56,220 nt of DNA from positions 38,751,983-38,808,202 of the forward strand of contig NC_057718.1 in the NCBI RefSeq assembly GCF_004010195.1, read 5' to 3'. The translations under genes were made by a program, and so were the position numbers. This document shows positions 26,033-39,177 of this stretch, piece after piece. This DNA comes from Chiloscyllium plagiosum. Its lineage: Eukaryota. Below the pieces are notes generated by a model. The model worked only from the letters and a program-made list of their open reading frames with translations. It had not been told where the DNA came from and did not search any database. Within the stretch, counting starts at the first letter, position 1. Every line of letters starts with the position of its first letter.

Positions 26033-28117
26033 ACTGAAGTTTCACTGTTAAAATTATAAGTTCTGTATTTCTGTTCAAACATTTGGTCTAGTAAATGGTG
26101 CAATTTATAGCTAGATTGTGACATTAATTGTGGAAGAGAGCTTGGCAAGTTTTGGAGAATTTTAAAGGGTCATTACTGCAGTTACTTCATGATTTACTGC
26201 AGATACATCTATGTCTGAGAGTGGCAAAAATAAACTCAAGCTGTGAAGTTATTTAAATCTCCAACCCTTTAAAATATTTTTAAAGAGCTGCCTCTGTCAG
26301 TGAGAGTTCAAAAAGATCTGTTTTACCAGTCACCTTGGCATTTCCCCAAGAGCTATTGGTATGGCATTAATAATGGTTGAATGCATTCCAGAAGATATCA
26401 TTATCTCAGTAGGCCATAAGTACACAGTTCAATGGACATCCCAAAAAGGTTATCAAATGATTAGTTGTCTTTGATGTGGAATCATGAATATGAGTCTGTT
26501 TCTATATTATTAAATACTTTAGGGGATTTCAATGTTTTGAAATGCTTTAATGAAATAGGAGTCTTTTCGAACTTGAAGTTATTTCATTTCAGCATACCTC
26601 CTGAAGCCCACCCACAAAGAATACTATCTGAGTTGGTATAGACGGTGTACAAATAAAAGTTGGTGAATGTGTTCACATGGGGGCTATAAGAAGTCATCAG
26701 ACTGGGTGCAGAGCAGGTTTGACATAAGATGGCATGGATGAGGGGTAGTTGTAGGGGGAATGAGATGTGGAGAATGAGTTACAAAAGCTTTATTATTCAA
26801 CAAATTGACTGCGGCAAAGTCCTAGAGACCTAAACATTTTTAAAGGCTAACCACAGTCATCAGCAGATCCTGTAGGCACTTCCAATCTGTTCATAGGCAG
26901 TGGTCCCAATTCTACCCCTGCCATGGAGAAAAGATTTGCGTAAATTGCTCACACGGTGGCCACTGTGAGATTTCCTGACTTGTCCAAGTCAGAGATGAAA
27001 TCTGGGGCATGAGTAAAAAAATAAAAATATCAGTTCCCTGCTGACATACAAATGCAAAACCATTAGGTCTTTAACCTTTACAAAGGAAAATTACTGAAAG
27101 AATTTGAGTCATTTCTCTCTTTTTAAAACAATGAGAAAAATTTATAAATGTGGAAATTCTTTAAAATTTATTTTAAAGGTATCTTAGGCTAACGTAAAAT
27201 ATAGAGAAAAACAATCCAAAAGGTGACTTGATAGACATGTATTACAAATAAGATCTTTTTTACTGATTGTTTATAGCAAAATAATTTTAGAACAAGCCTG
27301 GTACTTTTTTACAATTTCCAGTGAAAATTAAAATATTGCTCACAATATATATATATATAAATTGTCAACTCCTAGGAATATTTTTATTATTCTGTTTGCC
27401 AAAATTTCAAATTAAATAGTGATTGCTAGTTAATTTTAATTTTTCTATTTGAACTAGAAAATAATCATTGTGAAAACTACTTGTTAGTTCTGATTTAAAT
27501 TCATATTTTGATTTTCATCTGGTCATTTTGAAGTCGATCTTAGTGGTTTTTTTCCAATAAATGTGTAAGAAATTTCATAGAAGTTAAAATCATTTGAAAA
27601 AGAGAATGCTTAATTCTAATGTTCCTCCATTTGACAGTCGACCTATTAGGACAGCAAGGCAATGTTGCTATTAATTGCACTAAATTTCTAAAATTACTTT
27701 GTGATAATTTAAAAAGATCTGGTGTAAGATGGCAGAGCATCTGAATATCAAAAGAAATTATGGGTTCTTTAACCAATAAACTAGCTTAATCACAAGGGAT
27801 AAAATTTAATTATTGCAATGATGGGCCAATCTACCAGCTGGAAAACTGATGAAACCGATCCATTAAACCTCTGCAGCCATTTCCAGGAATCCACGTGGAA
27901 TAAATCCCAATCAGGCAGTGCGCTGGCTGCCTGTATGGGTCCTAGGTCTTGCACGTGGTATTTTTCTTATCCCAGAGTCAATCGGATGCTCAAGCTCTCC
28001 AGCTCCTGCAACAGGTTTAGATGAAGTAGCCACTGCTGGTACTGTGGAAAGTGTGTTTGCAGAAAATAATACTTTGTGTACTGGCTGGCTTGCTGTAGTC
28101 ATGTGACCTTTACTTTG

Positions 28118-28490
28118 TTAATGGTGTAGTGGCATTGTCACTGGACTACTAATCCAGAGCTCCAGGCTAATGCTCTGTGGAATGGATTTAAATCTCATTA
28201 TTGCAAGTAGTGAAATTTGAATTCAACAAAATCTACAGTCAAAGAAAAAGCTAATCTAATAATGACCATAGGACCATTTTCAGTTATCATCAAAAAAAAC
28301 TTTGGTCACAAATGTTTTATAATGAAGGAAATCTGCTGTCCTTACCTGGTCTGGCCTACATGTGATTCTGGCCCACAGAAATGTTCTTGACACTTAACTG
28401 CCTTCTAAAATACCAAAAAGAGCCAATCAGATCAAGAGCAATGAGGGATGTGCAAAAGCTTCCAGCCTTGCTCATGACATGCTGTATAAG
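28118..28490 (+). mobile_element. Second tRNA-head SINE family
   Basis: ggtgtagtggcattgtcactggactactaatccag...ggaaatctgctgtccttacctggtctggcctacatgtga; related copies at ~31610-31965 (-) and ~49236-49545 (+). Confidence 0.65.
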
Positions 28491-28632
28491 AATAAGGGAA
28501 ATGCAGTGGTTATCACATTCACTTTATACACAAAAGAACCCTTGTTCAAAATGAGGCAGAAACATTTGCATCTAAAAAGAATAAAGGAAGTGCAGTCTGA
28601 GGCAACCATTGAACACATATCACTTGAAACAT

Positions 28633-30075
28633 TGGCCTGAATTTTCCAATGGGCACATGGTCATTATTACAGCATAGATGGGGGTTGTGTATGGGAATTC
28701 TGAGGAATCTCCATCGTAGCAAACTCCAAAAGAATTGCCAAAGGAATTCAATTTTCTGTTAGGCAATATCTCTACACTTCAAATCTTCTGAATGTATCCA
28801 TTTAATTCAGAGACTTAAGAAGATTCTGATGAAATTAAATAAAATATTGACTTAGAAAACATTGGACATCGTTTAATACCTCATTAACTATTAAGCTGAC
28901 CCCATACTTACCCCATACTGCCCCAGATGCATACAAGGCCCCAGACCCTGACCTGATACAAAACACCCATATCAAAGCTACCTTGATCCAACCCCCTCCC
29001 CCTGTATCTGACCCAACTCCCCACTCCATCCTGCCAGATCTGCCTAAACCGAACGCCCCAGACCTCATCTGTACCCCACGCTACCCCATTCCCAACCCTC
29101 TTCCCCCCACTAACTCTGGAGATGACTCAAATTCCGTACCCTTCCCCCTCCCCTCCACCTCATTCCCAGAAGAACTGACTGGCATCACCCTCCACCACTG
29201 GACAAGATCCAACCCTTGCTGCTGGTCCTGACCCATCACCCTCCTCCCCTCTGCAGCTAGATCCAAATTGACATGAACTGACCCACCCCACTGCTGTGAC
29301 TGACTCAATTCCCACCCATCCTCCCACTCTGCTAGAGCTGTTCCTAGCCCCTAAGCCCTCACCTACCACTGGACCTGAACCCCATACACCACATCCCAAA
29401 ACCCATCCTCCATACCCACTGCCAGATCCAATTTCTCCCCACCCCACCCCAACCCAACCTAAACACTGGCAGCCTGGCAGCTTACTCACTTGGAAGCCCA
29501 CCTCCATTTCTATGTTACATCCTACCCACCTGGATCCTGAACCCCTACCTATCTGGATCCCTAACCCCTACCCACCTGGATCCCTAACCCCTACTCAGCT
29601 GACACCCTAGTTAATTGGGACCCTATCCCCGACACATCTGGTGTGCTATCCCTTTCCAGTAGGTCTGCTATTGAACTGTTACCCTACTTACCATGGCAGC
29701 CTACCCTCTACCATCTTGTAACCAACCTCTGGCATCCTATTCCCTTCCCTGTTGGCACCCCTTCCCACCGAGAAATCTATTCCCCCCACTATCCTCCCAG
29801 TCCTCTTTCAACCACTTACCTTATATGCTCACTGTTTGGCAACAGTTGTCAAAGTGGCTGTCAGAACCTTCGAATTTCTGATGTGAAAAGGGAGTACGTT
29901 TTGCCTTCCTCTAATTCTGTAATGCATTGATGCATCACACTGATTCCAATGTGTTTGAACAAATGAAAAATGATTTCATCTGACAAGGGTTTATCTTAGG
30001 CATAAGAGATCCTACCATGAGAATACAAGAGAGGAGACACTTGCTCTCAATATAGTGACTCAGAAAATAGAGCCC
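28633..30075. mobile_element. Putative non-autonomous TIR element with a C-rich interior
   Basis: Imperfect terminal inverted repeats ggcctgaattttc / gaaaatagagccc; strongly C-skewed core 28900-29830. Confidence 0.4.
29521..29610. repeat. 23-bp minisatellite (CCTACCCACCTGGATCCCTAACC) x3 plus a degenerate copy
   Basis: Units start at 29521, 29544, 29567 and 29590. Confidence 0.9.
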
Positions 30076-30539
30076 TTGGAGGTTGAGGCAATATAATGGA
30101 GCAATACTCATCCCAAGAGACCAAAGGAAGCTTAGAGCCTGGTGTATTGAGAAGAATGAAGACCTAGAGATCTAGATTGTATACATTAAGCAAGATATGC
30201 TTGTTGTGGTGGTTTAACAGCAATTTTTAATTTGGGTTTAGCATTTACAGTCTTCATTTTACATACATATACTTTATGACACACTTGTAGTGTCCACGAA
30301 GGCCTGAAGCAAAGTCAGCACGACTGTGTATAGTCTTAATTCTCACATCTTATTATAATGTTTTTTGCAGTTAACTTATCATTGACTACCTTAACACTGA
30401 CATCATATATTGTTATCAATAAACAGGGCTATGCACCATGCCTGCTCAATACATGTACCTTTCAGTTTCTCGTTATTCTGTGAAGCATCATTATCACTGT
30501 GGGTCTAGGATTCCTCAGGCATACCATTTTTCTGGTAAT

Positions 30540-32400
30540 GCTATACGCCTGTTTTGTTAAACACATATAATTCTTGATTTTGTTTAAAAGCTGGAAAGAA
30601 GGGAGCCTGTTGATGATTTTGATCCTCTGGGGGAGTGAGGCCTGGAGCCTGCTGAGAGTCCCTTACTTGGACACAAATACCTTCTCCTTGGCCTGAGCTG
30701 CTTCCGCACTCGGGTTGTTGTGAAAGGAGAGGAGGAGGGGTAGGGCATCTCTGGAGTGAATTGATATGAAGCTCTCTGATTGTTGATCCTTCTCCCTTTG
30801 GATACCTCCTGGCACCACCTTGATTCATTGAGGGAAAGGGCATCTAGAGTGAGGTTGAGGTGTTAAATATCTTCTCACCTTGTCATTAATGTCATGCACC
30901 CCTGGATACACTGATAGGGTACAGGTCTGACCGTGGGCAGCTGGCAGATGGCTGCCACTCCTTCCATGGAGGAGTCAATTGCTTGTGTACCAAAGTCATA
31001 AGTACAGTCACTTGTCGGATAGACTCCTCCATCTTACCCTCCAGTCTTTTGAGGACCTTGGTTGATACTGCCTGATGTAGTCTGTTTCTACGAGCTGTCC
31101 ATTCCACTTATGGCTGACTGCAGGGGCATGTCTTCTGCATGTGGCTCAGTCGATGTCTTGTTTCTGACAATCCTCTGAGTTTCAGAGGCCTCAGGCACTG
31201 CTTTGTCCATTGGTTATGGAGATACATGCGTGCTCACCAGATTTTGGTTTAGAATCCAATCTTGATAGTGTGTCCACTGAGGGAACTGATTCAGAGCTGG
31301 TGGAGAGTGCTGCTGAAAGCCTTGCTGGTGCCACCTCTCAGGATTCATAGGCTTCCCCCTCAGAGGGGGTGCTATTGCTGGAAGGCCTTGTGTACTTCCT
31401 CCTCTCTGTTAGCCCCCAGTACTTGTAGAAGGAAGAGAAACAATTAGTTAGTGAAGATGGCCGATCTCTTTTGTAGATGAATGTGTGAGACGGCTTGTAC
31501 CTCTGGAAGAGAAGACTGCAATGTTCCTCACTTGCTTCTTGGGACATTGCTATCTCCCTAATGGTAGACCTGACCTGTCAGCTCCAATGCCTGCTCTTTG
31601 AAAGCTGTGATTTTTTAATATTTATTCATTGGATGTAGGTGCACTGACAAAGCTGGCATTTATTGGTGATCTGTATTTGCCCAGAGGACATTTAAGACAC
31701 AGTCACATTGCTATATATCTGTAATCACATATTGCTAGACCCAAGTGAGGATGACAGAGATCTTCCTCTAAAACCACATGGATATTTGCAATATTTGACA
31801 GTGGTTACATGCTAGTTATATAGTTACATGGACAGCACTAGCTGTTAGGCTAGCTTTTTAAATTTCACATTTCCATTGCATTCAAATTTCTGGTGGGATT
31901 CAAACCCATGTCCCCAGACATTAGCATAAGGTTCTAGCTTTATTTCAGTGATATCAACACTACACTACCTTGTCCACAGTAACCAGCTCACCCTCCTATT
32001 GTGGGTGATCTTGTCCCGAAGGAAGAGAAGGAGAAGGATTGAGCGTGATTGCAATGGTGCATGAGCACCTTTTTGTGCATGCATTGCTAGGTCGTGACCC
32101 CTAAGTTTGAACTTGCTGGAGAAGATGGTGCCATTTACCCTTGCACAGTTCAAGTGATCATTCAGCCTATTTCCGCCCTGGACTCAGCTTTCTTTGTGAG
32201 GGCCAATGACATTGACTTGTGCTGGAGACCTCACTCCAGACCATCTAGCTCCAATGGGAGGCCTTCCTGCTGCCTCCCCTTGGGAAGAGGACCACTCTAC
32301 TCTCCTGTATAGGCTACAGCAGAGCCTCTAGAGGGGCATCGTTAATCTGTAGGGCCAGTTGCTACTCACCCAATGTGGTGTCTGGCATGGGTGGGAGTGT
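30540..32400 (-). pseudogene. Decayed Harbinger Myb/SANT-like gene with a recognisable intron
   Basis: INDAPLEALL*PIQESRVVLFPRGGSRK...VWSEVS...RLNDHLNCAR | intron 32138-32016 (GTAAAT...cttcgg) | DKITHNRR; later coiled-coil KRLEGKMEES...SMEGVAA. Interrupted by a SINE at ~31610-31965. Confidence 0.72.
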
Positions 32401-33819
32401 CCAGCACAGGCTCCTCTGATGCTGCTGGCTTGCAGTGAAAACTGACCTATCCTGGTGTCTTTTAGATATTCCGTCAGATCTGATTATCCCAGAAGGTCCC
32501 TGTAGGGGTATGGGGGAGATGAGCTCCCTGCTTGCCCACCCCATATGATCCACTATCTAACTCACACAACAACTCACTACAATGAGCTGAAAGATGATTG
32601 ATCACATGAGAAAACTCATCCTGGGCAATGGCAGAAGTGACAACTTTTTGCACAGTATATTTTGACTCCAAAGTGGAAAACCCAGCTTATGTTGTGGCAC
32701 AGTGGTAGTGACCCTGTTTCTGAGCTAAGAGGTTCAAGTCCACTTGTCCCAGTGGTGCGTAATAGCATTTCTGAACAGGTTGATGAGGAAAATATCTATG
32801 TTTTAGACCATTTAGCATGTAATCGTGCATAAACACTCTACCAAACAGAATTGTTAATGTGTTACGCTACAGCAGTGCAGTGTATGCATATATAAAGAAT
32901 GAGTGAGCAATAAGAACAAAAATAAGTTAATAAGTGAGTTATTTAGAGAGATAAAGAGTAAACGAAACAGTGAAGATTAATAGGCACTTCGTTCCCCATC
33001 ATCTCAACTGACTTGAAGTCCAGGATCTGGTGTATCCTTTCCTCATGAATATTCAGAGATCTTCGCTGAGAAAGTTTCTTTCCTGTAATTACCTTTATGT
33101 GTGTGGCCTTTTCATTCAAGAGTGTATGAAATGACAAGTAGGAAGGTTAAAAGGAAATAAATATAATTCAGATATTTAGCTCATTAAACCTCTATGAAGT
33201 ATAAAGATCGTTTATGTTAGAAGCATATCTGATATTTCTACCTTGCAAGATATAAGCATATTTATATAGCAAAATTGTAATGTTCCACACAGAAACATGT
33301 GCATGCCAGTACAAATAATCAGGATACTTGCTGCTGCAAGACTGAGTAGTTTTGTGTGAAGGCGCACCAACCCTACAAGTGTTTGCACATTTACATTGAC
33401 AATGATTTGGAGACCATTAAATTAGTTGCTCACCTACTTCCACAATTATTCAGCCTCCTTCAGCAAAATCTCTAAAGTTATAGCTATCTGCACAGCTCTC
33501 CTTTCATTTTGAGGTGTCATTTTGTTTCTCATATGTAATAGAACAGCATTAAAAGTATCCATTAGCCCTTAAAACACCACTGGGACTGGATGTCCCCCTC
33601 TTGACTCACATGCAACTTCCCACTGTGCTACATGATATGTATGGAAAAAAAAATCATAGTTATTGGCCTGACCTCATGCTATGATGCATTGATAATAGAG
33701 AAGTAAACTCTGCAACTGGATTGTAAGATTGACCAGAAAATTGACTGTAGTATTAGCTCAATCGTAAATTATACCATGGATGAATGTGTATTTGTTTAGA
33801 CTGTCAGTTTGAAATTTCT

Positions 33820-34425
33820 TTTTCTTAATCCACTTCTGGGACATGGGTGTTGCTGGCTGCCAAATAGTTATTGTCCATCCCAGGTTGCCCTTGGGAAGGT
33901 GCTGGTGAGTTACTTTCTTGAATCACGGCAGTCCACTGTATGTAGATCCACAATGCCATTGGTGAAGGAATTCCAGGATTCTGACCCAGCAAGAGTGAAG
34001 AAATGCAATATATTTCCTGGGCAGGATGGAGAGTGGTTTGGAAGGAACTTGCAAGTGGTGATGTTGATGTTCCCATGTATCTGTTGCCCCTATCCTTCTA
34101 GATGGAAGTGGTTATGGTTTTGAAAGGTGCCATCTAAGGGCTTTGGTAAATTTCTGCAGCGCATCTCATAGATTGTACGCATTGCTGCTACTGAGTGTTA
34201 GTAATGGAATGAATGGAAATTTGTGGATGTGATGCCTATCAAGACGTCTGCTTTGTCCTGGCTGGTAGTCAAACTTCTTGAATGTTATTAGAGCTGCAGT
34301 CATTCAGGCAAGTGGGGAATACTCCATCACACTCTTGGTTTGTGCCTGGTATATGGTGGACAGGCTTTGGGGAGACAGGAGGTGAGTCACTCACTGCAGT
34401 GTTCCTAGCCTCTGACCTGCTACTT
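33820..34425 (-). mobile_element. CR1-group LINE 3' fragment
   Basis: Shares sequence with ~37630-37890, ~51560-52070 and the + strand fragment at ~39060-40620. Confidence 0.65.
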
Positions 34426-35264
34426 TCCCAAAGAACTTAATGAATATATCTTTAGAATGTCAATGCCTCTAATAAAATAAAGGAGAGTTAACCTTTAGGC
34501 AAACACTTGAGCATTTTTAAATTAATATGCTGGACTGTCATGAATTATTGTACTACTGACAATTATTTGTTATATTGATCTTAAAAGGAGTCAGAAAACC
34601 TTGACCATTGCAAATTTCTGCCAATTCAGCACTGAATGATTAATGAATAACAACTTGAGTTGTTACAATGGTTTAATGTTTGCTTACAACTTCCATTTTG
34701 CAGACTGAACTATTTCTCCAGTCTAGTTTGAACTAGTTGTCCTTAATTGCAATCTTGGAAAAACACCTATCAATTCTCATACTCAAATTAAAACATTTAT
34801 TACTGTTAAGGGAACAGCTACAAGTTTTCATATCCAAAATAAAATATTAAATTAATTAATATTTACTCTGAAATGTTTAATTCACCTGACCATTCTTACT
34901 TTGGTTCCATTCAATCTGTCTTCCTTTTTCTGTGCTTTTCCTGTCTCTCTCTCTCTGTCTGGAGCCACATGATTTGGAGCCCTGAGGCGTGGTACATTGG
35001 CGAGACCAAGCAGATGCTATGGCAACGGATGAATGAACACCACACAACAATCAGATAGGAGTGTTCCCTCCCAGTCAGAGAACACTTCAGCGATCCGGGA
35101 CATTCAACTTCAGACCTTCGGATGACCATCCTTCAAGGTGGACTTCGGGACAAGTGACAATGAAAAGTGGCCAAGCAGAGGCTAATAGCCACGTTCGGTA
35201 CCCATGGGGATGGCCTCAACTGGGACCTTGGGTTCATGTCACACTACAGGTGACCCCACTGCAC

Positions 35265-35515
35265 TATACACACACAGACATACATTGACAGACACTCTGA
35301 CACGCACACACACACACTCTTACACACACATGTGCACACACACTCCTACGGACCCATACACTCATGCAGACCCTCTCTCATACACTCATATACTCCCACA
35401 CTCACACATGCACCCTCTCACAGACTTATACCCCTTTACATTCATACTCACACACAAACACACACTGTTTCATAGAACTCATAATCCCCTACACACACAC
35501 ACATACACACACATA
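35265..35515. repeat. Degenerate (CA)n low-complexity tract
   Basis: Interrupted CA/CT dinucleotide runs inside the Penelope-like element. Confidence 0.85.
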
Positions 35516-35898
35516 AATTTGTGAGGTGAATTTGTACTAACAGAATTACATTTTATTTTGCTCAAAAAATGCATGGATCCATATAAGATTCTGTCAATCT
35601 GTTTTTTAGATTAGAATCGATCTGAACATTGTGGCACAGACGGTCTCACACAGGGCAGTTCACACCTTCAATGCACTATCTGGGTTGACATGACACCAAT
35701 TGTTAAAGTTCACTTGAGAATGTAACTTTTAAAAAAGTTCTGCAATTTACATATGAAAGAACTGAAACCAACATGTTCATTCTAAAAGATGAGAGACTTA
35801 ACAAACAATTCATGTCTTTTTCAATATATAATTTCAATTACATCACACTATAAACTTTCGCTATAAATTCTGTGTCTTACAACTTTATACTCCACAAC

Positions 35899-35933
35899 CA
35901 CCTGATGAAGGAGCAGCACTCCGAAAGCTAGTG
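35899..35933 (+). ncRNA. Minimal type I hammerhead ribozyme motif (Penelope pLTR, family B), core intact
   Basis: CAC-CUGAUGA-A-GGAG-CAGCA-CUCC-GAAAG-CUA-GUG: stem I CAC/GUG, stem II GGAG/CUCC, palindromic AGCU. Confidence 0.75.
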
Positions 35934-36975
35934 CTTCCAAATAAAGCTGTTGGAACTATAACCTGGTGTTGTGTGATTTTTAACTTTGTGGCCCTACATG
36001 GCAATCTTTATAAATATGTGCATTTATTTCTGACTTACTGTCATTTGTATAGGTCTATACAGTATTTTCTATTATCAGTATCTTAAAAAACTCCTTCCAG
36101 TAATGTGGCTGCAATCTGATCTTTCTTTATCTGTACTCACATGAAATTATTTTTGGAAAAATGTCCCAGATTGTGGAAACAATGCTAGAAGCCAAGAGAC
36201 AATAGTCTGTCATGAATGTAAGATTACATCTTGTGTGTAAAACATTATTTCATAAAATGCCCCAAAGCTACAAAATATGTATAAATAGAACATTCTTCCT
36301 AGGAATACATGGATATGATTTTGTTAATGATAGCATGTTCTACATAATCTATTCATCAGATTATTGTTTGTAGCTTATGAAATAAGATGAGTTATTGAAT
36401 ATTTTCTCTTTTTTTCCTTTTATAGAAGCTTTTTAGTTCAGTGATTATCACACATTCAGGAAAATTTCACAGCTACTAAAACTGATGGTATAGAAATAAA
36501 ACAGGTCCTAAAGATTCAAGAAATTTGATTCTGTTCCATACCAATATTTGTGGCATATTAGTTCCAAGCAGATTTTACTCGCAAGCCTTTTGGCCAGTTA
36601 ACGCAATTTCACCAAAATGAAGCCAACATTTCAACTTAAGCAAATAAAGCATTTAGATGAGACCTACTCTGAGTCTTTGCCTTTGGGATCTCATTGGACT
36701 TCCCTTTCCCCATCAACACACAACCAACTGAAGCTGAATGAACAAAAGTGCTCCTCAGACTGAATCTGCATTACATCTGCATTGTTAATGAAAACCAGTT
36801 TCACAGGCAGTTATTAAAAATACAATTTGCAATTACATAGACTGACAAATCCTCAAGGCATTACAATCTGCTCCATAGTCTAAGGATTGTTATTGAAATA
36901 TTGTGCTATTGTTTGACTGGCAAACACACCAGTCAAATTCTACACAATAATATTCCCAAAGATTGTAAACTTGGG

Positions 36976-37071
36976 TTCCTGAAGAAGGGCTTATGCCCGA
37001 AAAGTCGATTCTCCTGTTCCTTGGATGCTGCCTGACCTGCTGCGCTTTTCCAGCAACACATTTTCAGCTCT
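36976..37071 (+). mobile_element. Solo Penelope pLTR fragment beginning with a hammerhead motif (36976-37010)
   Basis: UUC-CUGAAGA-A-GGGC-UUAU-GCCC-GAAAA-GUC-GAUU; one substitution breaks the ACGU palindrome. Confidence 0.8.
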
Positions 37072-37139
37072 TATGTAAATCTCTGCTTTCCATGTCCTAG
37101 CTCAGAATGTTGTGACCAAGTGCTTACTGACTGATAATG

Positions 37140-37545
37140 ACTTCTGGTTAAGCAATGCCTTGATTTTAAAATTCACATTTTTGTTTTCAAATCCTTCCCT
37201 GCCTCGACCTTCCCTATCTTTGTAATCTCACCTTCCAAGACAATAGCACTCCTCCAGTTCTGGACTCTTGAGCATTCCCCATTTTAATCACTCCATCATT
37301 GGTGTCCAAGCTTTCAATTACTCAGGCCTAAAACTCTAGAGTTCCCTTCCAAAATCTCCATGTTCTTCTTTCTCTCTTTTCCAATTTAATATGTTGCTTA
37401 AAACCCAACTAATTGTCAAAGCTTTTGAATCATTTACCCTGATCTCTCTTTATGTGACTTGGTGTCAACTTTGTTTGAGAATGTTCCTGTGAAACACTTT
37501 GGGACAGTTTACTGTATTAAAGGTGCAATAGAAATATGTGTTGTA
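37140..37545 (+). mobile_element. L2-like LINE 3' end
   Basis: gattttaaaattc...ttttcaaatcc (DFKI...FKS) and the tail ttgggacagtttactgtattaaaggtgcaatagaaat. Confidence 0.55.
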
Positions 37546-38499
37546 AACGATCAGTAAATCTGTTTTGGTGATCTTGATCGAAAGCTACACACAAGGCAGG
37601 CCTTCCAGAAAACAGTCTTCTTTCCCTAATAAGCTTTTTTATTCACTCATGGGGCTTGGATGTCGCTGGTTGAGCTAACATTTATTGCTCGTCCCAGTTG
37701 ACCTTGGAAAGGTAGTAATGAGTTGACTTTTTGAACTGCTGAAGTCCACATGTTGTGAGTAGACCCACAATGTCCTTAGGGAGGGAATTCTAGGATTTTG
37801 ACCCAGCGACGCTGAAGAACCACAATACACTTCCAAAACAGGATTGCAAGTGGCTTGGATGGGAACTTGCAGGCGGTGGTGGTCCCATGTGCCGTAAGAT
37901 TTTTCACACCACTTGAAAGGATAGACAGGACCTCGATTTGGTAGCTCATCTGTAGCACCCCATCAGTGAATTATGTCGTGTCATCCCAGATTATGTGCCC
38001 AATGGGGGGCGAGAGTGTGCTTTCCCATGGAATTGTATTAGCAGCATGTCATAGCTCTACAGTATTATCCATTAAAGGCACAGGAATATACAGCTACTTG
38101 TCAAATCCACAAACTTCAACACAATCCTGAGCTCAAATTGGCAAGTGAGAGATACAGAAGGTAGTAATCGATACACCCAAAGTCAAAGAGAGTGAGCAGA
38201 AACAATGAGGAGAAAGATATAAGATTCTGGCAAAAGAAATACAAACCTGTTAAGAAGGGCTTGCCTTCTAAGCACGTTGGGCAAAACCTTAATGGAATTG
38301 ACCACTTGCAGTGGCAGGGGGCTTGAGAGCCATTGGAATTAGTTGTGAGGGTGAGGCAGGGTGCTGTGGCTGTCTAACTGAAGCATATCATTCATGTTCC
38401 CATCCCCATGTCAATGATTTAAAGGGTCACTGGAAAGGGTCAGAAGAGTTGTTGCCTGCATCGGCTCTTTTGATTTCAGGGAAAAGAAAAAGTAAAAGC

Positions 38500-39060
38500 A
38501 ATACATAGGCAGGCTGTTGTCTGCCATTTCTGACTCTTCCCTTGAGAGAATGCTGGATGGTGTGAATGTTGTTTCCAGTGCATAACAAGAAGTGCCCAAC
38601 TGTTTAAACTGTTTAGAGCTGGAAGTACCAGAAACAGTGAGTGACAGGAATGTGAATCCTAAGACCTGGATCTGGATACAAGAGTTTTGATAAACATATG
38701 TGAATCAGGAAAGGTGTCTCACTTGTGCTGTCAGCCCCCACGTCCTCAACATTGTCCTGCACAGCAATCCTTAGACAAACAGAACTTGTAGTTCTATTCA
38801 GTCTTATCCCCTGAGCCACATCGTCACATCCTTATCACTGACACTCACCATCATTTTCATACTATCTCAGACCATTCCTTGTGGTCATCTTCCACAAAAA
38901 TTGTTTTTTCATACTCTTCTGCATTCCACAGTCCTTTGCCTTTGTCTCCTAATGGGAGGACAGCACACAACTTCAGCAAGAGATTGTGACCCAGGAGTGT
39001 CCCTCTAGTCATAGCTATGCTGACTATTGAGAAGGTGGAGGACGGAGGGAGGGGACAGAA
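38500..39060 (+). pseudogene. Decayed Harbinger Myb/SANT-like gene; element probably continues ~40640-42362
   Basis: ISDSSLERMLDGV...LEVPETVSDRNVNPKTWIW and RTAHNFSKRL*...IAMLTIEKVE; TIR-like aaaatcttgccc ends at 42362. Confidence 0.6.
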
Positions 39061-39177
39061 CCATGGTTGCCATTATTGGAGGTTAATCATCTGAGTCCCA
39101 GGATGTCTCTGCAGGAGTTCCCCAGGGGAGTGTCCTGGGCCCAACCATCTTCAGCTACTTCATCAATAATCTTCCAT

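Larger units (their letters stand above)
34965..35990 (+). mobile_element. Penelope-like element family B, 3' part (GIY-YIG, CA-rich tract, pLTR)
   Basis: PEAWYIGETKQMLWQRMNEH...PVREHFSDPGHSTSDLRMTILQGGL...RLIATFGTHGDGLNWDLGFMSHY. Confidence 0.85.

Noticed and set aside
29521..29610. Interstitial telomere or CRISPR-like array
   Set aside because: Only isolated CCCTAACCC within a contiguous 23-bp tandem unit; no (TTAGGG)n run and no unique spacers.
28983..29930. Proline-rich ORFs
   Set aside because: By-product of C-rich low-complexity sequence.
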